DNA of 64,000 nt from Pristiophorus japonicus (lineage: Eukaryota): the NCBI RefSeq assembly GCF_044704955.1, contig NC_091977.1, positions 1,550,001 to 1,614,000 on the forward strand, in the 5' to 3' direction. The first letter of the stretch is position 1; every line of letters begins with the position of its first letter. The position numbers and the translations under genes are program-made. Shown here one piece after another: positions 47,601-60,767 of this stretch. The notes under the pieces are model-generated. The model was not told the origin of the DNA, searched no databases, and was given only the letters and a program-made list of their open reading frames with translations.

Positions 47601-50600
47601 GGAAGGAAATTTGTTAAGAATCAATGAGGAAAGGCATCATCACCTTCAACTACAAGCAGAAGGGGGAGAGGGAGGGAATCAAAGACTGGCGGCCCATCTT
47701 GCTGCTCAATATGGACTACATGATCCTGTTGAAGGTCATCGCCAACAGGGTCAAGTCTGCTCTGGAGCTGGTGATCCCCAGCAGGAAGATCTCTGATAGC
47801 CTCGCGCAACTCAGGGATACGATCGCCTACGTGCGGGACAGGGGGGTGGACACCTGTTTAATCAGCTTGGACCAGGAGAAGGCCTTTGACAGGATATCGC
47901 ACACGTACCTGATGGACGTGCTCTCCAAGATGGGCTTTGGGGAGGGTATCCACAATTGGATCCAACTGCTCTACACAGACATCAGTAGCACAGTTCTAAT
48001 CAACGGGTGGGAAACTGAAAGCTTTCCGATCAGGTCTGGAGTCAGGCAAGGCTGTCCCCTCTCCTCTGTCTTGTTTATGTGCTGTATCGAGCCCTTTACC
48101 GAGTCCATCAGGAAGGATGCGGGCATTAGAGGGGTGACGATCCCAGGCAGCGGAGGTGCTCAGGTCAAGATCTCCCTGCACATGGACGATGTCACCATCT
48201 TTTGCTCGGATCCGCAGTCGGTCCGCAGATTGCTCACAATCTGCGACCAGTTTGAACTGGCCTCGGGAGTGAAGGTCAATCACAGCAAAAGCGAGGCCAT
48301 GTTCTTTGGCAACTGGGCCGACCGATCCTTTATTCCCTTCACCGTTAAGCCAGATTACCTGAAGGTGTTGGGAATATGGGTCGGAGCGGACGGGGTGTGC
48401 GCCAAAAACTGGGAAGAGCGTATCACCAAAGTGAAACAATAACTGGGATGGTGGAAGCTGCACTCCCTCTCCATCGCAGGAAAGAACCTGGTCATCAGGA
48501 GTGAGGTGCTCTCGGTGTTGTACGTGGTGCAGGTCTGGCCTATCTCACGCTCCTGTGCTGTGGCAGTCACCCGGGCCGTCTTCCACTTTGTCTGGAGATC
48601 CAAAATAGACCGTGTCCGCAGACACACGATGTACAAATCTCTGGACAGTGGAGGAAAGGATGTTCCGAACGTGGCCCTTATCCTGATGGCCACCTTTGTG
48701 TGCGGCTGCATTAAGCTGTGCACAGACTCCCGGTACACAAACACCAAGTGTCACTACGTGCTGAGGGTCTACCTGTCCCCGGTGTTGCGAAGGATGGGTC
48801 TGGCCACGCTGCCGCGAAACGCCCCCACCAGTTGCACCATGCCTGTCCACCTGTCCTTCGTGGGAAAGTTTTTCAGAAAAAACCCCTTTGACCACAAGGC
48901 CATAAAGCAGTGGTGGGCACGCAAGGTCCTGGACACCCTACAGAAGAAGGAGAGGGTGGACCCTGTCGGGTGGTTCCCCGAGCAGACTGTCGAACTCGTC
49001 TGGCAGAACATCTCATCGCCAGAGCTTTCACACAAGCACCAAGGTGTAGCTTGGTTGGTGGTGAGGAGGGCCCTACCCGTCAGATCCTTCATACACAGCC
49101 GGGGTTTCAGAGACACGGCCCTCTGCCCCAGAGTTGGCTGTGGTGCGGACGAGACAGTCATCCATCTCCTTTGGGATTGCCCCTTTGCAAGGCAGGTCTG
49201 GATGGAGATGCAGTGGTTGCTGTCGAGGTTCATCCCAAGCAGCTCCATAACACAGGACTCTGTGCTCTACGGGCTGTTCCCAGGGACACACACCGAGACA
49301 GACATCATCTGCTGCTGGAGGGCCATCAACTCAGTGAAAGACGCACTTTGGTCTTCCCGAAACTTGCTGGTCTTCCAGAGCAAGGAGATGTCCACGTCTG
49401 CGTGTTGCAGACTGGCACAATCCAAGATCCAGGAGTACGTGCTGAGGGTCACACTAACAATTGGTGCAGTCGCCGCAAAGGCACGGTGGGGAAGGGCCAC
49501 AGTTTAAAGTCCTTCCACCACGGTAAACCCAGGGGCTGGAATCAGTATAAAACTCCCCTCGGGCTGTACTTGTAAACTTGTTGTATACATAGAGCACCAT
49601 GATCTGAAAACACCTGTGTAGTGCCATGTATAATGCAATGTTTAGTAATGTATGCTGCAAGGAAATGTAACTGTACCCTCACCCATTCCGTGTACCGTAT
49701 AGTGTCACTCGTAAAGTAATTTGATGACTGTATTACAATGTATCCTGGATTGTACTGAAATATACCTCGAAATGTAAAGCAAGCAAATGTATTGAACGGA
49801 ACTGCCGTCAGCACCCAAATGTATTGTATGGAATTACTGACCACATCCAAATGTACTGAACTGCCTCCAATGTATTGTGCCACTTTTTATATCAATAAAG
49901 TATATTTTGAAATTTAAAAAAATTTGTTAAGAAGTTGGGTACATGACGCCTCATCGACATGCGATAGCGCTCGGATGTTTTCCGAGTTCCAGCGGATTTT
50001 GCCCAGCCAGCTCCTTCCAAGCAGTGCGGGGCCATCGCTCGGGACAATCCAGAATGGCAGTTCGTGCACCGTGCCCTCGTGGGTGACCTTGACCATGGCA
50101 CTGCCCAGGGCAGTGATAAGCTCTTTGGTGTATGTTCTCAGTTTCGTGTGGATGGGGCCCATGGCTGGTCTGAGTCCCTTGTTACACCACAGTCTCTCAA
50201 ACATCTCTTTACTCATGATGGATTGGCTAGCGCCAGTGTCCAGTTCCATGGCTACAGGTAAGCATTCAATTTTACATTTAGCATTATCGGTGGACATTTT
50301 GTCGAAAATGTGTGCACCCCGTGTACTTCAGCATCTGCCTCCTCTCTCTGAGGCTCGAAATTGCTTTGATCCACCATGGACTGATCTTCCTCTGCCACGT
50401 GGTGGTTCTCAGGTTTTGCAGAGCTTGTAGCTCGTCTGTTCCACAGCTCTTGCAAACATACACTTTGAAGCGGCATGAATAGGCTGAATGGAAGCCTCCA
50501 CAATGCCAACAAGGTGTGAATCGCCGTGCATTCATCCTTTGTTGTGGACTCTGAGTCATCCGGATCACCTGAGGCCTGCTGGCAGTTGCAGACTCGTGGG

Positions 50601-51448
50601 TTCTACCCTGTACATTTCTGCTCGCAAACACAGTTCTAGTTAATTTATGAACATTGCTCGCACTTGTGTGCTGAGAGATTTGTTTGGTGTTATCACTGGT
50701 GGACATAAACGCCTGTGCTATCGCAATGGCCTTACTCAGGGTCAGTGTCTCTACAGTCAAACGTTTTCGTAGGATGGTCCCGTGGCCAATGCCCAGTACA
50801 AAAAAAGTCTCTGAGCATCTGCTCCATGTAGCCATCAAACTCACATTGTCCTGCAAGTCACCTTAGCTCGGCGACATAGCTCGCCACTTCCTGACCTTCA
50901 GATCGCTGGCACGTGTAGAACCGATACTTCGCCATCAGCACGCTCTCCCTCGGGTTAAGATGCTCCCGAACCAGTGTACACAGCTCCTCATACGACTTAT
51001 CTGTGGGTTTCACTGGAGCCAGAAGATTCTTTATGAGGCTGTAGGTTGGTGCCCCGCAGACTGTGAGGAGGACCACTCTCCTTTTTGCAGCGCATCCTTC
51101 TCAGTCCAGCTCGTTGGCTACAACGTACTGGTCTAACCATTCGATGTAGGCTTCTCAGTCCTCACCCTCCGAGAACTTCTCCAGGATGCCCACAGTTTGC
51201 TGCATCTTTGCATTGAATTCGTATACTCGTCGCCAGTTGTTGTGTTCCTAACACAGGTGAGACTGCACACAAGAAGGTTAAAGTAACAGTGACCTCAGTC
51301 TTTATTAAGACACTCCAGAGTGAGGAACAGGCCTTAGGGGCCGGCTTATATACAGTGCTCCCAAGGGATGCTGGGATCCCTTGGGACTTCAGGGGATGCG
51401 CTCCCTGGTGGCAGGACATGGGAGTGCATGTTTTACAGATACACAACA
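44639..51448 (-). mobile_element. Full-span degenerate Gypsy LTR retrotransposon
   Basis: LTRs at 44639-44838 and 51238-51448, PBS tggcgacgagt, gag, protease (MELDTGASQS), RT (PFGI..FQGD), RNase H (CDASSYGVG) and integrase ORF 44872-46311. Degenerate 5-bp TSD gcacc/ttacc. Confidence 0.93.
47621..49919 (+). mobile_element. 5'-truncated Tx1 LINE nested in the Gypsy pol region
   Basis: RT motifs GVRQGCPLS and HMDD, a C-terminal zinc finger and an A-tail. 14-bp TSD aaatttgttaagaa at 47607-47620 and 49920-49933. Confidence 0.95.
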
Positions 51449-51879
51449 TTACCCTTTAGTTTATATTGTCTCTCCTCGTTCTTCCGACCAAAATATATCA
51501 CTTCAGTGAAAAGACCTCCATGTGTCACTCACAGGACTTTGAGATAACCAGAAGGGAACATTCACTGAGTTACGGATCCTGCCTCTTTCTATATTGGTCT
51601 TACCATTTTTTACCACTGTTTCATTTTTACATGGACTATTTTAAAATAAAACCTACAAAAATCTGACTACATTGAAAATCATTCATTAGAATTCTATGCG
51701 TGTAATTCCCATCTTTAGGAAGGATTGGGACACAGGAAGAGGCGAAGTGAAGCCTTATCGATTAAAGATACTATTAAAACATTAGCAAAAGCAGAAATAG
51801 ATAAAGGAAATCAATCAACGGTTATTCTGTGGTTAGAATTGATCAACCTGCAATGGGAGTTGTCTACAGGCCTCCTGAT

Positions 51880-52925
51880 CATAGAATCATAGAAATTTAT
51901 AGCACGGAAGGAGAGCATTTCGGCCCATCGTGTCCACGCCGGCCAAACAAGAGCTATCCAGCCTAATCCCACTTTCCAGTTCTCGGTCTATAGCCCTGTA
52001 GGTTACGGCACTTTAGAAACATAGAAACATAAAAAATAGGTGCAGGAATAGGCCATTCGGCCCTTCGAGCCTGCACTGCCATTCAATGAGTTCATGGCTG
52101 AACATGCAACTTCAATGCATTTCCAAGAATTTTCTAAATGTGGTGAGGGTTTCTGCCTCTACCATCCTTTTAGGCAGTGAGTTCCAGACCACCACCACCC
52201 TCAGGGTGAACAAATTTCCCCTCATATCCCCTCTAAACCTCCCTCCAATTACTTTAAACCTATGCCTCCTGGTTGTTGACCCCTCTTCAAAGGGAAACAG
52301 GTCCTTCCTATCCACTCTATCCAGGCTCCTCATAATTTTATACACCTCAATCAGTTCTCCCTTCAGCCTCCTCTGTTCCAAAGAAAACAGACCCAGCATC
52401 TCCAATCTTTCCTCATAGCCAAAATTCTCCAGTCCAGGCAACATTCTTGTAAATCTCCTCTGCAATTACATCTTTCCTGTCATGTGGTGACCAGAACTCC
52501 ACACAGTACTCCAGCTGCGGCCTAACTAGTGTTTTATTCAAGCATAACCCCCCCTGCTCTTATATTCTATACCTCGACTAATAAAGGCAAGTAGTCCGTA
52601 TGCCTTCTTAACCACCTTATCTACCTGGCCTGCTACCTTCAGGGATCTGTGGACCTGCACTCCCTTTGTTCCTCTACACTTTTCAGTGCCATTCCATTTA
52701 ATGTGTATTACCTTGTCTTGTTAGACATCCCCAAATGTATTACCTCAAACTTAGCCAGATTAAATTCCATTTGCCACTGTTCTGCCCACCTGACCAGTAC
52801 ATTGATATCTTCCTGCAATCCGCAGCTTTCTTCTTCATTATCAACCACACAGTCTATATTAGTGTCATCTGTAAACTTCTTAATCATACCCCCAACATTC
52901 AAGTCCGACTCATTGATATATACTG
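51880..52925 (-). mobile_element. Old CR1 fragments with a nested short CR1 tail (~52015-52113)
   Basis: QRRFTRMLPGL..., KFTDDT, and atagaatcatag / agaaacatag tails. Confidence 0.85.
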
Positions 52926-52989
52926 ATAGCAGCAATGAAGTGGCAGAAGGTATTAATTCAGAGATTGGAGAGGCTTGTAGCAAAAGCAG

Positions 52990-54175
52990 AGTTGCTTTAA
53001 GATGCCACATAAAAGGTTAATGCACAAGATAAAAGTTCCCGGGGTTGGGGATAATATATTAGCATGGTGAGAGGATTGGCTAACTAACAGAAAACAGATA
53101 GTCGGGATAAATGGTTCATTCTCAGGTTGGCAATCAGTAACTAGTGGGGTGCCGCAGGGATCAGTGCTGGGACCCCAACTATTTACAATCTATATTAACG
53201 ACTTGGATGAAGGGACCGAGTGTAACGTAGCCAAGTTTGCTGATGATACAAAGATGGGAGGAAAAGCAATGTGTGAGGAGGAAACAAAAAATCTGCAAAA
53301 GGACATCGACAGGCTAAGTGAGTGGGCAAAAATTTGGCAGATGGAGTATAATGTTGGAAAGTGTGAGGTCATGCACTTTGGCAGAAAAAAAATCAAAGAA
53401 CAAGTTATTATTTAAATGGAGAAAGATTGCAAAGTGCTGCAGTACAGCAGGACCTGGGGGCACTTGTGCATGAAACACAAAAGATTAATATGCAGGTACA
53501 GCAAGTGATCAGGAAGGTCAATGGAATTTTGGCCTTTATTGCAAAGGGGTTGGAGTATAAAAGCAGGGAAGTCTTGCTACAGTTATACAAGGTATTAGTG
53601 AGGCCGCACCCGGAATACTGCGTGCTGTTTTGGTTTCCATATTTACGAAAGGATATACTTGCTTTAGAGGCAGCTCAGAGAAGGTTCACTAGGTTGATTC
53701 CGGAGATGAGGGGTTTGACTTATGTGGAAAGGTTGAGGAGGTTGGGCCTCTACTCATTGGAATTCAGAAGAATGAGAGGTGATCTTATCGAAACGTATAA
53801 GATTATGAGGGGGCTTGACAAGGTGGATGCAGAGAGGATGTTTCCACTGATGGGGGAGACGAGAACTAGGGGGCATGGTCTTAGAATAAGGGGCCGCCCA
53901 TTTAAAACTGAGATGAGGAGGAATTTCTTCTCGCAGAGGGTTGTAAATCTGTGGAATTCGCTGCCTCAGAGAGCTGTGGAAGCTGGGACATTGAATAAAT
54001 TTAAAACAGTGATCGACAGTTTCTTAACTGATAAGGAAATATGGGGTTATGGGGAGTGGGAAGGGAAGTGGAGATGAGTCCATGATCGGATCAGCCATGA
54101 TCGTATTGAATGGCGGAGCAGGCTCAAGGGGCTGTCTGGCCTACTCCTGATCCAATCCTTATGTTCTTATGTTCT
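52990..54175 (+). mobile_element. 5'-truncated CR1 LINE
   Basis: PQGSVLGP, FADD and a (ttcttatg)n tail. Confidence 0.9.
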
Positions 54176-54232
54176 TTACCGGGATAAGGCAGTGACTAAA
54201 AACAGCAAACTGGTCAAAATTGTCATTGGGTA

Positions 54233-57200
54233 TGTTATGTTCAGAATAAAGTAATGTGATTGAGTACTGTGGACGTGAGTAAGTGTGAACTTTGTCTCTT
54301 TATTCTAACTCCAGAGTGTTGGCACAGCATGGGAGGCCTGCTTATATACAGTGCTCCCAAGGGATGCTGGGATCCCTTGGCACTCCAACAGATACACGCT
54401 CTGAGAGCGGTAGAATGTTGATTACATCGGGTTACATACATAATATTACTCCCTCCCAAAGTCAATAGTACACTTATTTACAGGGTGAGACGATCTGGGG
54501 CTTTCCGCTTCCTAGTTGATCGTCTCGGTACAAACACAGGTGAGTTGGTTGGGCCTTCGCTGGGCTGCTGCACAGCTGGCCTTGCTGGATGCTGGGGATG
54601 ATGAGTTCAGCTTTGTGGTCAACTGTGATGTGGGTTGCCACTGTGTGTGTGTGTGTGTGTGTGTCGGAGGGTCGAAGTTGGTGGTGTCCTCTTCAGGTTG
54701 CTTGTGGCTGTCTGTGAATCGCAGTTTGGTTTGGTTCAAATGCTTTCTGCAACTTAGTCCATTCGCAAGTTTGATCTGAAACACCCTACTCCCTTCTTTG
54801 GCTATGACAGTGCCAGCAAGCCATTTGTGACCATGTCCATAGTTGAGTACAAATACAGGGTCATTGACTTCAATATCACGTGACAAATTTGCGCGATCAT
54901 GGTACATGCTTTGTTGATGCCGCCTGCCCTCGACGTGATCCTGGAGATCAGGGTGGAAGAGAGAGAGCCTTGTTTTGAGCGCCCTTTTCATGAGCAGCTC
55001 GGCTGGGGGATCCCCAGCGAGTGGGGTCTGGTGCGGTAGCTGAGTAGGACTTGGGACAGGCGAGTCTGTAGGGAGCATTCCCACACGCGTTTCAAGCTTT
55101 GCTTGATAGTTTGGACTGCCCGTTCTGCCTGGCTGTTGGATGCAGGCTTGAATGGGGCAGATGTGACGTGCTTGATCCCATTGCGGGTCATGAATTCCTT
55201 GAATTCAGCGCTGGTGAAGCATGGACCGTTGTCGCTGACAAGGACATCAGGCAGGCCAAGCGTGGCAAACATGGCTCGTAGGTTTTCGATGGTGGCAGTG
55301 GACGTGCTTACAGACATTATTACACACTCAATCCACTTTGAATAAGCATCCACAACAACCAAGATCATTTTGCCTAGAAACGGGCCAGCGAAGTCAATGT
55401 GGATCCTCGACCACGGTTTGGAGGGCCATGACCACAAACTTAGCGCTGCCTCCCTGGGTGCATTGCTCAGTTCAGAGCAAGTGTTGCATTGGCGCACGCA
55501 AGACTCCAAATTTGAGTCGATACCAGGCCACCACACATGGGACCTGGCTATAGCTTTCATCATTACTATGCCTGGGTGGGTACTGTGTAGGTCACATATG
55601 AACGTTTCCCTGCCTTTCTTGAGCAAAACCACACGATTACCCCACAAAAGACAGTCCCCCTATATGGACATTTCATCTTTACGTTGCTGGAACGGCTTGA
55701 TCTCTTCATGCAGCTTCGCTGGGACGCTGGACCAGCTCTCATGGAGGACACAGTTTTTTACAAGGGACAGTAAAGGATCCTGACTGGTCCAGGTCCTCAT
55801 CTGGCGGGCCACAACGAGTGACTTTTCGTTTTCAAATGCATCCATCACCAAGAGCAAGTCTGCAGGCTGTGCCATTTCCACCCCGGTGGTGGGCAATGAT
55901 AGCCGACTGAGAGCATCAGTGCAGTTCTCTGTGCCTGGCCTGTGGCGAATTACATAGTTATATACAGACAGCATGAGCGCCCATCTTTGGATTCGAGCAG
56001 AGGCATTGATATTGATACCTTTGCTCTCTGAGAATAGCGATATGAGCGGCTTATGGTGAGTTTCTAACTCGAACTTAAGCCTAAACAGATACTGATACAT
56101 TTTTTTTACCCCATAAACGCATGCCAGAGCTTTTTCAATCATGCTGTAGGCAATTTCGGCCTTGGACAAGCTCCTGGACGCAAAATCGTCTGGTTGCAAT
56201 GTTCCCGATTCATTTGCTTGTTGTAACACACACCCGACCCCGTACGATGACGCATCACAAGCTGACACTAAACATTTACAAGGATCATACAGGATAAACA
56301 GTTTGTTGGAACAGAACTGATTTTGGGCTCTCAAAAGCTGTCTCTTGTGATTTCCCCCATACCCAGTCATCTGCCTTGCGTAGCAACACATGTCGAGGAT
56401 CTAGTCAGGTGCTTAACCCGGGTAGCAAATTACCCAAATAATTGAGTCCCAGAAACGACCGCAGCTCTGTCATGTTCCGTGGTCTCGGAGCGTTCTTGGT
56501 GGCCTATGTCTTGGTGTCGGTGGGTCTGATGCCGTCTGCCGCGATTCTTCTCCCTAAGAACTCGACCTCTGGCACCAGGAAAACACACTTCGAGTGTTTC
56601 AACCTGAGTCCCACACGATCTAGCCGACTTAGAACCTCTTCCAGGTTCTGCAACTGTTCGATGGTGTCCCGACCTGTGACCAGTTTGTCGTCCTGGAAAA
56701 CCATGGTGCGCGGAAGCGACTTTAGCAGACTCTCCATGGTCCTTTGAAAAATAGCTGCATCCGATCGAATCCCAAACGGGCATCTATTGTAGATGAACAG
56801 ACCTTTGTGCGTGTTGATGCAGGTGAGGTCTTTCGAAGATTCCGCCAGCTCCTGCGTCATGTCGGCTGAGGTCAGGCCCAACTTGGTGAATGTCTTCCCT
56901 CCTGCCAGTGTCGAAAATAGGTCATCTGCCTTGGGTAGTGGGTACTGGTCCTGCAGTGAAAAACGGTTAATCGTTACTTTACAGTCCCCGCAAATTCTGA
57001 CCGTGCCATCGCCCTTGAGAACCGGAACAATCGGACTGGCCCACTCGTTGAACACCACCAGAGCGATGATGCCTTCTCGTTGCAGCCTGTCTACACTTTC
57101 ACTCACATCATATATGGCACCGCCCGTGCCTTGTGGTGGATGGGTCGTGTACCGGGAATCAAGTGGATCTGCACCTTAGCCCCCGAGAAGCTTCCGATGC

Positions 57201-58704
57201 CTGGCTCAAACAACGACAGAAACATGCTCAGAACCTGGGCACATGAGGCATCGTCGATGGACGAGAGCGCTCGGATGTCGTCCCAGTTCCAGCAGATTTT
57301 TCCCAGCCAGCTTCTGCCGAACAGTGTGGGGTCATCACCTGGTACTATCCATAGTGGGAGTTCATGCACCCCTCCATCATAGGAGACTTTTACTGCTGCA
57401 CTGCCAATAACAGGGATCAGCTCTTTAGTGTAAGTTCTCAGCTTGGAGTGAATGGAGCTCAGCTTGGGCCTGTGTGCCTTGTTGCACCACAGCCTGTCGA
57501 AGGCCATTTTGCTCATGATGGACTGACTCTCACACGTGTCCAATTCCATGGATACTGCAATTCCGTCCAGTTCAACTTTTAACATGATCGGTGGACCTAT
57601 CGTGGTGAAGGTGTGTACCCCGTACACTTCTGCCTCCTCAGTTTGAGTCTCTAGTTCAGTTTGATCCACCATGGATCAGTCCTCCTCTGCAACGTGGTGG
57701 TCTGCAGGGTTTGCATCTCGTCTGCACATTCGCTGGAGATGTCCCATTGTTCCACAGGCTTTGCACACATAGTGTTTGAAGCGGCATTAATGGGCTCAAT
57801 GATCACCTCCGCAGCGCCAACAAGGCGTTAACTGCCTCGCATTAACAATTGATGGCGGACTCAGTCATCTGAGGTCATGCAGCTGCAGGCGTGTACGTTC
57901 TGCCATATGCATTCCTGCCTGAAAACGATGTTACTTTGTGTACAGTACTTGCCGAAACATCTTTATGCTGTGAAATTTGTTTGGTGTTATCGCTGGTGGA
58001 CATAAATGCCTGGACCATCGTTATGGCTTTACTCAGGTTCGGTGTTTCAGCAGTCAATACTTTGCGAACGATAACCTCATGGCCAAAGCCAAGCACAAAA
58101 AGGTTTCTTAGCATTTGCTCCAGGAATCCATCAAATTCACAATGTCCTGCAAGGTGATGTAGCTCGCCACTTCCTGGCCTTCAAACCGTTGACATGTGTA
58201 AAATAGATACCTTGCCATCAGAACGCTCTCCTTCGGATTTCGGTGCTCCCGGACCAGCGTACACAGTTCTTCATACGATTTGGTTGTTGCTTTCACCAGA
58301 GCTAGAAGATTCTTCATGAGGCCATAGGCTGTTGCCCCACAGACGGTGAGGAGAATCGCCCTTCGTTTGGCAGCATTCACATTCCCTTCCAGCTCGTTGG
58401 CCACGAGGTATTGGTCGAGTCACTCCATGAAGGCCTCCCAATCATGTCCTTCTGAGAATTTCTCCAGAATACCAACAGTTCTCTGCATTTTCGCGTGATG
58501 GTTCGTTATCTCGTCGCCAGTTGTTATGTCCAGAATAAAGTAACGTGATTGAGTACAGTGGACGTGAGTAAGTGTGACCTTAGTCTCTTTATTCTAACTC
58601 CAGAGTGTTGATACAGCATGGGAGACCTGCTTATATACAGTGCTCCAACAGATACACCCTCTGGTGGCGATAGAATGCTGTTACATCGGGTTGCATACAT
58701 AACA
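54233..58704 (-). mobile_element. Full-length degenerate Gypsy LTR retrotransposon
   Basis: LTRs at 54233-54445 and 58522-58704, perfect 5-bp TSD gggta, PBS tggcgacgag. Domain order gag-PR-RT (FQDD)-RH-IN, with frameshifts. Confidence 0.95.
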
Positions 58705-58799
58705 GGGTAATAATACGGAGGATCAGTGGGAGATGTTCAAAAATCATTTAGCTAAATGCAGAAACGATATATAACCCTTAGGGGTAAGAGCACTACTTA

Positions 58800-60667
58800 C
58801 CAAAACAGATAGTAAAAGCTTTTACAGATATATAAAACGGAAAAGAGTGACTAAAGTAAATGTTGCTCCCTGAGGAGATGAGAAGGGGGATTTAATAATG
58901 GGAAATGTGGAAATGGCTGAGACCTTAAACAATTATTTTGCTTCGGTCTTCACAGTAGAAGACACAAAAACCATGCCAAAAATTGCTGGTCACAGGAATG
59001 TGGGAAGGGAGGACCTTGAGACAATCACTATCACTAGTGGGGTAGTGCTGGACAGGCTAATGGGACTCAAGGTAGACAAGTCCCCTGGTCCTGATGAAAT
59101 GCATCCCAGGGTATTAAAAGAGATGGCGGAAGTTATAGCAGATGCATTCGTTATAATCTACCAAAATTCTCTGGACTCTGGGGAGGTACCAGCGGATTGG
59201 AAAGCAGCTAATGTAACGCCTCTGTTTAAAACAGGATGCAGACAAAAGGCAGGTAACTATAGGCCGGTTAGTTTAACATCTGTAGTGGGGAAAATGTTTG
59301 AAACTATTATTCAGGAAGAAATAGCGGGACAGTTAGATAGAAATCGTGCAATCAAGCAGACGCAGCATGGATTCATGAAGGGGAAATCATGTTTAACTAA
59401 TTTACTGGAATTCTTTGAGGATACAACGAGCATGGTGGATAGAGGTGTCCCGATGGATGTGGTGTATTTAGATTTCCAAAAGGCGTTCGATAAGGTGCCA
59501 CACAAAAGTTTACTGCAGAAGATAAAGGTACGCAGAGTCAGAGGAAATGTATTAGCATGGATAGAGAATTGCCTGGCGAACAGAAAACAGAGAGTCGGGA
59601 TAAATGGGTCCTTTTCGGGTTGGAAATCAGTGGTTAGTGGTGTGCCACAGGGATCGGTGCTGGGACCACAACTGTTTACAAAATACATAAATGACCTGGA
59701 AGAGGGGACAGAGTGTAGTGAAACAAAATTTGCAGATGACACAAAGATTAGTGGGAAAGCGGGTTGTGTAGAGGACACAGAGAGGCTGCAAAGAGATTTG
59801 GATAGGTTAAGCGAATGGGCTAAGGTTTGGCAGATGGAATACAATGTCGGAAAGTGTGAGGTCATCCACCTTGGGAAACAAAACAGTAAAAGGGAATATT
59901 ATTTGAATGGGGAGAAATTACAACATGCTGCGGTGCAGAGGGACCTGGGGATCCTTGTGCATGAATCCCAAAAAGTTAGTTTGCAGGTGCAGCAGGTAAT
60001 CAGGAAGGCGAATGGAATGTTGGCCTTCATTGCGAGAGGGATGGAGTACAAAAGCAGGGAGGTCCTGCTGCAACTGTATAGGGTATTGGTAAGGCCGCAC
60101 CTGGAGTACTGCGTGCAGTTTTGGTCACCTTACTTAAGGAAGGATATACTGGCTTTGGAGGGGGTACAGAGACAATTCACTAGGCTGATTCCAGAGATGA
60201 GGGGGTTACCTTATGATGATAGATTGAGTAGACTAGGTCTTTACTCGTTGGAGTTCAGAAGGATGAGGGGTGATCTTATAGAAACATTTAAAATAATGAA
60301 AGGGATAGACAAGATAGAGGCAGAGAGGTTGTTTCCATTGGTCGAGGAGACTAGAACTAGGGGGCACAGCCTCAAAATACGGGGGAGCCAATTTAAAAAC
60401 GAGTTGAGAAGGAATTTCTTCTCCCAGATGGTTGTGAATCTGTGGAATTCTCTGCCCAAGGAAGCAGTTGAGGCTAGCTCATTGAATGTATTCAAATCAC
60501 AGATAGATAGATTTTTAACCAATAAGGGAATTAAGGGTTACGGGGAGCGGGCGGGTAAGTGGAGCTGAGTCCACGGCCAGATCAGCCATGATCTTATTGA
60601 ATGGCGGAGCAGGCTCGAGGGGCTAGATGGCCTACTCCTGTTCCTAATTCTTATGTTCTTATGTTCT
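58800..60667 (+). mobile_element. 5'-truncated young CR1 LINE with an uninterrupted 556-aa RT ORF (58898-60568)
   Basis: Complete RT motifs through the natural stop, plus a (ttcttatg)n tail. Confidence 0.95.
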
Positions 60668-60767
60668 CACCAAATAAAACAGCCCTAACCGATAAAAGAG
60701 CTGAGACATAACATCAAAGCAAAGAAAAGAGCAGACAGAAGTATAGATCTAGGGGACTGGGAGAGAT

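Noticed and set aside
58898-60568. Intact 556-aa RT ORF as a domesticated gene
   Set aside because: It is near-identical to the other CR1 copy at 34365-35833, 5'-truncated and has a normal tail; youth explains the intact frame.
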